From Dorea formicigenerans (lineage in GTDB: Bacteria > Bacillota > Clostridia > Lachnospirales > Lachnospiraceae): DNA of 24,000 nt. This document shows positions 16,344 through 22,879 of the stretch, piece after piece; position 1 is the stretch's first letter, and each line of letters begins with the position of its first letter. A program made the translations under genes and the position numbers. Where the stretch lies: positions 841,423 to 865,422 of the forward strand of contig NZ_CP102279.1 in the NCBI RefSeq assembly GCF_025150245.1, given 5' to 3'. The notes beneath the pieces were generated by a model. The model had not been told where the DNA came from. It did not search any database and saw nothing but the letters and a program-made list of their open reading frames with translations.

Positions 16344-16372
16344 TTGACAATATAGAAAAAGGCATATATCAT
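16344..16372 (+). promoter_or_regulatory. Candidate sigma-A-type promoter for the HD-domain gene
   Basis: TTGACA (16344-16349) is followed by a 17-nt spacer and TATCAT (16367-16372). The element starts directly after the upstream stop codon. Confidence 0.45.
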
Positions 16373-16421
16373 ATAAAACATATAGGAAAAGAAAGTATAT
16401 GAAAGATTGGAGATGCCTGAT

Positions 16422-16967
16422 ATGACGAGAGCGGAAGCCTGGGAACTATTAACAGAATATAATCAAGACGAATTTCACTTGCAGCATGCACAGACAGTAG
16501 AGAATACGATGCGCTATTTTGCAAAAGAACTAGGATATGGAGAAGAGGAAGAATTCTGGGGAATTGTAGGTCTTTTACATGATCTGGATTTTGAAAAATA
16601 TCCAGAAGAGCATTGTATCAAATCTCAGGAAATTATGAGAGAGAGAGGAGTCGACGAACGTGTTATTCATGCGACGGCAAGTCATGGATATGCAATTACG
16701 GTTGATATTCAACCAGAGCATGAGATGGAGAAGGTGTTGTATGCAGTAGATGAACTGACAGGGCTTATTGGAGCTGTAGTGCTTATGCGCCCATCGAAAA
16801 GCGTGCAGGATCTGACGCTAAAGTCGGTAAAAAAGAAATATAAAAGCAAGAATTTTGCGGCTGGATGCTCAAGAGAAGTCATAGAAAGAGGAGCAGATAT
16901 GCTTGGATGGACCCTGGATGATCTGATTCAAAGAACCATCGATGCATTGAAAACATTTCAGGAATAG
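16422..16967 (+). CDS. HD-domain metal-dependent phosphohydrolase
   Basis: The ORF track starts at TTG 16407. I prefer ATG 16422, which lies 9 nt after GGAG at 16409-16412. HD-superfamily motifs are present: HLQHAQTVEN (His) and GLLHDLDFEKYPEEH (HD). Confidence 0.75.
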   Translation: MTRAEAWELLTEYNQDEFHLQHAQTVENTMRYFAKELGYGEEEEFWGIVGLLHDLDFEKYPEEHCIKSQEIMRERGVDERVIHATASHGYAITVDIQPEHEMEKVLYAVDELTGLIGAVVLMRPSKSVQDLTLKSVKKKYKSKNFAAGCSREVIERGADMLGWTLDDLIQRTIDALKTFQE

Positions 16968-17004
16968 AGAAGAAATACTAAAATATAGGAAATTTAAGAG
17001 GTTA

Positions 17005-17049
17005 AAAGAGGATGCAGTATTCAAAAAAATGAGTGCTGCCTCCTCTTTT
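17005..17049. terminator. Hairpin terminator between the convergent HD-domain and rpn genes
   Basis: The arms aaagaggatgcagta (17005-17019) and tgctgcctcctcttt (17034-17048) are complementary at 13 of 15 positions, with a 14-nt loop. The stem is flanked by A and T runs. Confidence 0.5.
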
Positions 17050-17064
17050 GCTATAGATAGTAAA

Positions 17065-17340
17065 TTATATTTTTCCTGTATGTAATAATTTTAAAATTTT
17101 CTCGGCATCAAAATCAGGTGCCTGGTTCATGGCAAGGTCATAGATTGGCTGAATAGTATCAAGCGGTTCCAGCAAATCAGTAGCTATCTGAGAAACAGAA
17201 AAGTTTTTGATTATCCTTTTAATAACTTGTTTGATTAAGTAGAGCTGCTCGCCTTCAATACGGCCAGCACGTTCCCCTTCTTCACGGCTGATGCGCCGGG
17301 TCTCCTGTACATCATATGCTTCAAAAGAATCAAACATCAT
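17065..17340 (-). CDS. Candidate intragenic small ORF in frame with the rpn 3' end (Rpn_S-like, 91 aa)
   Basis: On the - strand, AAGGAGG (17356-17350, encoded by the Arg-Arg codons AGG AGG) is followed by 9 nt and then ATGATG (17340-17335). This is in the rpn reading frame and shares its stop. There is no independent evidence of expression. Confidence 0.3.
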   Translation of the reverse strand: MMFDSFEAYDVQETRRISREEGERAGRIEGEQLYLIKQVIKRIIKNFSVSQIATDLLEPLDTIQPIYDLAMNQAPDFDAEKILKLLHTGKI

Positions 17341-18135
17341 ATGGAACTGCCTCCTTGTAATATGGTCTGTAAGGTCATTGATTTCTTCAGCAGGGACATT
17401 GATTGTATGAAGAAATGCTGAAAATACAGAGCCCATAAGCTCTAAAATGTGTGGTGGTGTATTCTGTGTCAATTGGTTCCAGTAGTCTTCTGGAATCTCT
17501 TTTAAATGCTTGAAATCAGAGGAACTCTTGAGCTTGTTAAGAATGAAAATAGCTGAGAGTTCATCACCTTTTTCAATTAAATCTTCTTGAGAATACTTAT
17601 TCAAAGGAACGATTAGATATTTATAATCTGGAATGAATTCTTCAAAGATATCACTCATGAATACCCGGTCTTTAAAATGTAATGCAGAAGTCCATTGTCC
17701 CGTGCCTTCATAATAAATAATTGGCAGGATTGGCGGATATAAAAAATCTTTGGATTCCGTAATTCCAGGATGTAACTTTTCCTGTGTGGCAGTGTAATCA
17801 GTCCAGACATAAACCATGTATCTGAGCAGTCTGAAAGACATGTCAGCATCTGCTTCTGATTGATGTTCAATAAGTGCAATCAGATAAAGCTCTGTGTTTT
17901 CAATCTGAATTTTCTTCACAATGTCAGAATCACGGGATTCCTGAAATAAAGGAATAAAATGTGAAGAAACGTCTTCAATATCCTCTGGCTTTATGTTCAT
18001 GAAAAAAGGAATATCCGTGTATCCTTTTAGAAATTGGGCACAGAGTGTCGAGTCTCCGAATACAATCTTGGCTGCATTGTCATGAATCTTTGAATTGTGT
18101 ACCCCATGTTCAGTTGTCTTGTTGGTAGTTTCCAT
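17065..18135 (-). CDS. Rpn-family (YhgA-like, PD-(D/E)xK) recombination-promoting nuclease / putative transposase
   Basis: 356 aa with a GAGAGGAG SD. The family-typical N-terminal core is HDNAAKIVFGD...FLKGY...SRDSDIVKKIQI...YLIALIEHQSEADADMSFRLLRYMVYVW. This contains the D...E-x-Q nuclease motif followed by FRLL.Y. Confidence 0.8.
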   Translation of the reverse strand: METTNKTTEHGVHNSKIHDNAAKIVFGDSTLCAQFLKGYTDIPFFMNIKPEDIEDVSSHFIPLFQESRDSDIVKKIQIENTELYLIALIEHQSEADADMSFRLLRYMVYVWTDYTATQEKLHPGITESKDFLYPPILPIIYYEGTGQWTSALHFKDRVFMSDIFEEFIPDYKYLIVPLNKYSQEDLIEKGDELSAIFILNKLKSSSDFKHLKEIPEDYWNQLTQNTPPHILELMGSVFSAFLHTINVPAEEINDLTDHITRRQFHMMFDSFEAYDVQETRRISREEGERAGRIEGEQLYLIKQVIKRIIKNFSVSQIATDLLEPLDTIQPIYDLAMNQAPDFDAEKILKLLHTGKI

Positions 18136-18180
18136 AGCGCTCCTCTCTGAGCAAATGTAAACTAAAAACTTTCTGAATAT

Positions 18181-18209
18181 ATTTTAACATTGTAAGTATA
18201 AAAAGACAA
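18181..18209 (-). promoter_or_regulatory. Candidate rpn promoter
   Basis: On the - strand, TTGTCT (18209-18204) is followed by a 17-nt spacer ending in TGT and then TAAAAT (18186-18181). This is an extended -10-like TGnTAAAAT, about 45 nt upstream of the rpn ATG. Confidence 0.4.
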
Positions 18210-18333
18210 TATAGAAATTGAATGAAAATAAATTCTATACAAAAGGGATTTGTCAAAAATTCAGAAGTACCGTAACATTTGCCCGGTGTGCATGCAACTT
18301 GTGCAAGTGCAGGGGCACTTAAAGTTGCGGTGA

Positions 18334-18543
18334 ATGAGTAACATCATCAAAAATCTGAGTGAATTCTTTGCTGAAAAAGCAATGAAATTCAGAAACGAAA
18401 TCCTGGCTGTGGATTTCCATGGGCGTTGAAACATAATGAAAATATCGTGCCCGAAATTTGATGTAGATGTAGTGTAGCACAGATAAAGAGTGAGGGCAAT
18501 AGATGCAACAAAATGTTGCAGGAGATTTTGTGGGAACATATAA
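18334..18543 (+). pseudogene. Possible decayed ORF remnant, a single frame interrupted by three stops
   Basis: One frame reads MSNIIKNLSEFFAEKAMKFRNEILAVDFHGR*NIMKISCPKFDVDVV*HR*RVRAIDATKCCRRFCGNI*. The internal stops are at 18427, 18475 and 18484. This stretch is more GC-rich than the flanking AT-rich spacer. I recognised no family. Confidence 0.2.
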
Positions 18544-18790
18544 ACATAGGTTTGGAAATGCGATAAGATAGTGGTTTGATTATAGATAAAACAAATAAAA
18601 TGATATTAGTTATAGAAAATGTGCGATGTGTACAAAAAGAAAATATGAATTGTAGAAATTAAACGCTGAAAAATAAAAAAAGCATATTTATAATAAACAA
18701 CTGTGATAGACATGATGTAGGAAAATATTTTTGATTGACATAAATGTTATAAGTACCTATCGGAAATTTAATGAAAAAGGAGAAAACTAA

Positions 18791-19585
18791 ATGCATGATA
18801 TAAAAATTCATGATGTTTCATTTTCTTATGCAGGCAGTGATAAGTTAGTTTTGAAAGACATTAATGTGGATGTAGAAGGTGGAGAATTCGTTTGTATTCT
18901 GGGACAATCTGGTTGTGGAAAGAGTACTTTGTTGCGCCTGATTGCTGGGTTGGAAGATTGTACAACAGGTGAAATTTTAGTCGATGGAGAAAAAATACAT
19001 GGTGCAAGTTTGAATCGAGGAGTAGTATTTCAGGATTATGGCTTGTTCCCTTGGAAAACAGCCGGAGCCAATATAACGTTGGCATTAAAAAAGAAATTTC
19101 CGGACTGGGATAAAAATCATCTGAAAGAAAGAACGATTGAGCTATTAAAAGCGGTAGGATTAGATGAATCAGTTTACCGTAAATACCCTAAAGAATTGTC
19201 TGGTGGCATGAAACAAAGATGTGCGATTGCCAGTGCATTTGGAATTGACCCACCAATTCTTCTTATGGATGAACCGTTTGGTGCACTTGATGCCGTAACC
19301 CGTTCCATGCTTCAGGATATGGTATTAAAACTTTGGGAAAAACAGGAAGATAAAAAGACGGTCTTTTTTGTAACACACGATGTAGATGAAGCAATGATTT
19401 TGGCTAATCGGATTATTGTGCTTGGACAATCACCAAGTAATATAATTTTTGATGTAAAGATACCAGATGAGAAACGTACTACGAGAGATTCCAGATTTGA
19501 AGATCCAGAGTCAATTAAACTTAGAAATGAACTGCTTCGTCAAATTAATCAAGATGTGGAAGCACATGTACAAACCGTGCAATAA
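18791..19585 (+). CDS. ABC transporter ATP-binding protein, NitT/TauT (SsuB/TauB-like) family
   Basis: 264 aa with an AAAGGAG SD. It has Walker A GQSGCGKST, signature LSGGMKQR and Walker B LLMDEPFGALD. The Q-loop region GVVFQDYGLFPWKT is typical of the nitrate/sulfonate/taurine family. Confidence 0.88.
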   Translation: MHDIKIHDVSFSYAGSDKLVLKDINVDVEGGEFVCILGQSGCGKSTLLRLIAGLEDCTTGEILVDGEKIHGASLNRGVVFQDYGLFPWKTAGANITLALKKKFPDWDKNHLKERTIELLKAVGLDESVYRKYPKELSGGMKQRCAIASAFGIDPPILLMDEPFGALDAVTRSMLQDMVLKLWEKQEDKKTVFFVTHDVDEAMILANRIIVLGQSPSNIIFDVKIPDEKRTTRDSRFEDPESIKLRNELLRQINQDVEAHVQTVQ

Positions 19586-19636
19586 TAGAGAAATCTATTT
19601 GCAAATAAAAATATTTAACTAAAAAGGAGAGAACAA

Positions 19637-20731
19637 ATGAAAAAGAGAATTATCTCACTTCTTCTTGCAGCAGCAATGACTTTCAGCCTTACAGCATGTG
19701 GTGGAAATTCATCTGATGATAAAAAGGAAGAGACAAAAACAGAAAACACAGACAACAAAGAAACTCCAGAAGTGGATACAATTCACTGGGCAAGAGCAAA
19801 TAGTGGAAATATTCTTGTTACAATTGCAAAACAGCAGGGATATTTTGATGAAGTTGGAATCAATGTAATTGAAGATCCAGTTGAGTCTTCAACAGCAGCA
19901 CTTCAGGCACTTCAGGCAAAACAGGTTGATGTAACATCTAACCAGGGAACAAATAACCCGCTTCAGTTTATCTCCACAGGTTCTGATTTTTCAATCGTTG
20001 GTGGCTATATGCTGAAAGGTATGTATATTATTGGAAAGAAAGATACTCAGTATAAAGATGTTACAAGTCTGAAAGGTTCTAAATTTGCATATGCAGGGGT
20101 ACATCCGGTAGTAGGTATGGCATTATTAGATGCAGGAATTGATCCTAATAATGATGTTGAATGGCTTACATATAGTACAAACAGTGACCGTCTTGCAGCA
20201 GTAGTTTCCGGAGAAGCTGACTATGCAGTACTTAGTGGAGACCAGTTATATGCAGTAGGTAATAATGATCAAATTGAGATTAAAGCATGGTTAGATGATC
20301 TTGTACCAAACTATGGATGCTGCCGTATGAACATGAATACTGATTTTGTAAAGAAGAATCCTACAACTGTAAAACTTCTTCTGAAATCTCTGATTCGTGC
20401 TGAGCAGTGGTATCTTGCAAATAAAGAAGAGTGTGTAAAAATTCTTGCAAAAGAAATCGGTGCAGAAGAAGATTATGTTGCAGCATATCTGTTAAATGAT
20501 AATTATGTTTCCAGTGTAGATCCGTGTAAGAATTCTGTAGTTAAGACATGGGAGGCTATGATTAAGATGGGATTCATTGATCAGGCAGATGCTGACAAAA
20601 TCAACATTGAAGATCATATTAACACAGAACTTTACAAAGAAGCTCTTGATGAGTGTGTAGCAGAATATCATGATGAAGATCCAGATTTCTATGATGGAAG
20701 AGTTAAATTCTTTGAAGAAAACGATCAGTAA
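19637..20731 (+). CDS. ABC transporter substrate-binding lipoprotein, NMT1/THI5 (SsuA-like) type
   Basis: 364 aa. The lipoprotein signal with lipobox is LLLAAAMTFSLTAC-GG, followed by a Lys/Glu/Thr-rich tether. The overall layout resembles SsuA/NMT1-type binding proteins that pair with NitT/TauT ATPases. Confidence 0.75.
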   Translation: MKKRIISLLLAAAMTFSLTACGGNSSDDKKEETKTENTDNKETPEVDTIHWARANSGNILVTIAKQQGYFDEVGINVIEDPVESSTAALQALQAKQVDVTSNQGTNNPLQFISTGSDFSIVGGYMLKGMYIIGKKDTQYKDVTSLKGSKFAYAGVHPVVGMALLDAGIDPNNDVEWLTYSTNSDRLAAVVSGEADYAVLSGDQLYAVGNNDQIEIKAWLDDLVPNYGCCRMNMNTDFVKKNPTTVKLLLKSLIRAEQWYLANKEECVKILAKEIGAEEDYVAAYLLNDNYVSSVDPCKNSVVKTWEAMIKMGFIDQADADKINIEDHINTELYKEALDECVAEYHDEDPDFYDGRVKFFEENDQ

Positions 20732-20752
20732 TAAGAGATAATTAACAAATAA

Positions 20753-20791
20753 CTCAATTCCGCCGTTTTATACTGCGGAATTGGGTTTTTT
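20753..20791 (+). terminator. Strong rho-independent hairpin between the binding-protein and permease genes (intra-operon attenuator)
   Basis: The arm ctcaattccgc (20753-20763) pairs with gcggaattggg (20775-20785). This gives an 11-bp stem with one G-U pair and an 11-nt loop, followed by tttttt (20786-20791). Confidence 0.75.
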
Positions 20792-20817
20792 AAGAAGGTA
20801 ATGGTTCGGAGGTATCT

Positions 20818-21579
20818 ATGCGAAAAGTTTTAAAATTTATAAAGGATTATTGGATAACAGGTTGTATTTATCTGGCTATGTTTTTTGGGTACAAGTATAT
20901 CGCAGATAACCAGCTTTTTGGTGGATATCTTTTCCCTGCGGTAAGCAAAGTTGCAAATTCTTTTAAAGAAAATATTGGTACATTATTTATGAATATGTTT
21001 TATTCATTTCAATTAATGATTCCAGCTATTATTATTGCTGTTGTAATTGCGATAGTTGGTGGGACTATTCTTGGGATGAGTAAAAAAATTCGGAAAGTGG
21101 TTCATCCGGTGGTTTACTCAATTAGTGTAATTCCATCTATTTTGATGTCCCCATTTGCGCTGCTTATGGCTCCAAGTTTTAGAATAGCTTCTTTGTTCCT
21201 GGTGGTCTACAATACAATTTGGGCTACATTTTTTGCTACAATTAATGGTATTATGACGATAGACAAAGTTTATCTTGATAAAGCAAAAACTTTGGAGTTA
21301 AATCCGGTAGAAAAGATGTTTCAGGTAATCTTACCTGCAGCAATGCCGTCTATTATGTCAGGGTTTATTACATCTCTTAGAGGATCCTTTGTAGTGCTTG
21401 TATATGCTGAAATGTATGGCGCAAAATTTGGTATGGGATTTTATGTAAAAAAATTTGCAGAATATGGACTTTACAGTGAGGCGTGGAGTGGCTTCATTTT
21501 CATGGTTGTAGTTCTGGTTATTGTTATGCAGATATTCGAAAAAATGAAAAACCGTATTTTAAGATGGACAATTAATTAA
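20818..21579 (+). CDS. ABC transporter permease (binding-protein-dependent type, TauC/SsuC-like)
   Basis: 253 aa with a GGAGG SD 5 nt upstream and about 6 TM helices. The EAA-loop-like segment is DKAKTLELNPVEKMFQVILPAAMPSIMSG. Confidence 0.82.
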   Translation: MRKVLKFIKDYWITGCIYLAMFFGYKYIADNQLFGGYLFPAVSKVANSFKENIGTLFMNMFYSFQLMIPAIIIAVVIAIVGGTILGMSKKIRKVVHPVVYSISVIPSILMSPFALLMAPSFRIASLFLVVYNTIWATFFATINGIMTIDKVYLDKAKTLELNPVEKMFQVILPAAMPSIMSGFITSLRGSFVVLVYAEMYGAKFGMGFYVKKFAEYGLYSEAWSGFIFMVVVLVIVMQIFEKMKNRILRWTIN

Positions 21580-21605
21580 CAGAAAGACAAAGGAGGCAAA
21601 TAAAT

Positions 21606-22787
21606 ATGAAGATTACAAAAGTAGATGCAATTCAGATTGAGGATAAACCGGATGATCAGCCGGGATGGCGTCCGATAGTGTGTCGCGTTTATACAGATAC
21701 AGGATTATATGGAGATGGGGAAGCTGCAATTGCATATGGTGTTGGATCTACAGCGGCATATGGAATGATTCAGGATCTGGCAAAATTGATAATCGGTATG
21801 AACCCGTTGGATACAGAAGTTATTTGGGAAAAATTATATAAATCGACTTTCTGGGCACAAAATGGGGGACCGATTGTATTTGCAGGAATTTCTGCATTAG
21901 ATATTGCGTTATGGGACATAAAAGGAAAATATTTTAATGTTCCAGTATATCAGTTGCTTGGCGGGAAAATGAGAGATAAGCTTCGCTGTTATGCAAGTCA
22001 GCTCCAATTTGGCTGGGGAGAAAGAAAAACACCGGCATATCAGATTGAAGATTATGTTGCAAATGCAAAAAAAGCTGTTTCGGAAGGCTATGATGCTATA
22101 AAAATTGACTTTTTTACATTCGATCCGAAAGGATACCGCTATAGCTCTGAGGAGACAACAAGAGTGCTTGATCCATATCATGTCCATGTTGTAATTGACC
22201 GCCTTGCAGCCGTCAGAGAGGCAGTTGGACCAGATGTAGATATTATTATGGAAAATCATTCCTATATAGATGCGCAGGTCGCAGTGCAACTGGGAGAACA
22301 GGCGAAAAAATATAATATACTGTTTTTTGAAGAACCAACTACACCAAATCCGAAGATGAATAAATTTGTCTGTGATAAATTAAATATCCCAATTGCTCAG
22401 GGAGAAAGAATTTATTCAAGATGGGGATATGCACCATATTTTGAAGATGGTTCCATTCAGTTGATTCAGCCAGATATCGGTAACTGTGGAGGATTAACGG
22501 AAGCAAAAAAAATATGCGATTTAGCTCACATTTATGATGTAGGAGTACAGGCACATGTGTGTGCAAGCCCATTGTCAACAGCGGTTGCTTTACAGTTAGA
22601 AGCAGCAATTCCAAACTTTACGATACATGAACATCATGTGTATAATCGATATGACTACAATAAAAAATTATGTAAATATGATTATCAGCCAGTTGATGGA
22701 TATATTGCAGTTCCGGATTTTCCTGGTATTGGAAATGAATTGACAGATTATTGTTTCACAAATGGAAAGGTGACAACGATCGAATAA
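21606..22787 (+). CDS. Enolase-superfamily enzyme, mandelate racemase subgroup (acid-sugar dehydratase-like)
   Basis: 393 aa with an AAAGGAGG SD. The N-terminal capping domain reads MKITKVDAIQIE...ALDIALWDIKGKYFNVPVYQLLGG. Candidate metal ligands are in AIKIDFF (Asp), IIMENHS (Glu) and LFFEEPT (Glu). The candidate His-Asp dyad is in IQPDIGNCGG and VQAHVCASP. Confidence 0.85.
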   Translation: MKITKVDAIQIEDKPDDQPGWRPIVCRVYTDTGLYGDGEAAIAYGVGSTAAYGMIQDLAKLIIGMNPLDTEVIWEKLYKSTFWAQNGGPIVFAGISALDIALWDIKGKYFNVPVYQLLGGKMRDKLRCYASQLQFGWGERKTPAYQIEDYVANAKKAVSEGYDAIKIDFFTFDPKGYRYSSEETTRVLDPYHVHVVIDRLAAVREAVGPDVDIIMENHSYIDAQVAVQLGEQAKKYNILFFEEPTTPNPKMNKFVCDKLNIPIAQGERIYSRWGYAPYFEDGSIQLIQPDIGNCGGLTEAKKICDLAHIYDVGVQAHVCASPLSTAVALQLEAAIPNFTIHEHHVYNRYDYNKKLCKYDYQPVDGYIAVPDFPGIGNELTDYCFTNGKVTTIE

Positions 22788-22828
22788 GCTTATTGATAAA
22801 AGCAATATATCTTTCAAAAGAAATCTAT

Positions 22829-22857
22829 TTGACAGAAAATTCATCTTGATAAATAAT
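22829..22857 (+). promoter_or_regulatory. Candidate promoter for the PucR-type regulator gene
   Basis: TTGACA (22829-22834) is followed by a 17-nt spacer and AATAAT (22852-22857), about 20 nt upstream of GGAG and the ATG at 22880. Confidence 0.45.
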
Positions 22858-22879
22858 ATCCATATTGGAGAGTGTGGAT

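Noticed and set aside
18261-18539. A 92-aa - strand ORF in the rpn/ABC gap.
   Set aside because: It has no SD upstream of its ATG and its composition is implausible. It overlaps the region that reads more protein-like, though interrupted by stops, on the + strand.
18735-18763. A consensus TTGACA (18735-18740) upstream of the ABC operon, considered as its promoter.
   Set aside because: No acceptable -10 hexamer lies 16-18 nt downstream (tatcgg or ctatcg). CTGAAA-17-TATAAT at 18666-18694 is an alternative. In DNA this AT-rich neither can be called with confidence.
19596-19607. The perfect palindrome TATTTGCAAATA between the ABC ATPase and binding-protein genes. It shares ATTTGC/GCAAAT half-sites with the argG palindrome at 12590-12605, which suggested a common regulator.
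   Set aside because: The half-site spacing differs (0 versus 4 nt). The sequences are short and AT-rich, and the two loci have no obvious functional link, so coincidence is likely.
22787-22800. The palindrome AATAAGCTTATT directly after the enolase-family gene, considered as a terminator.
   Set aside because: The stem is AT-only with no loop, and no T-tract follows. It is not a credible intrinsic terminator.
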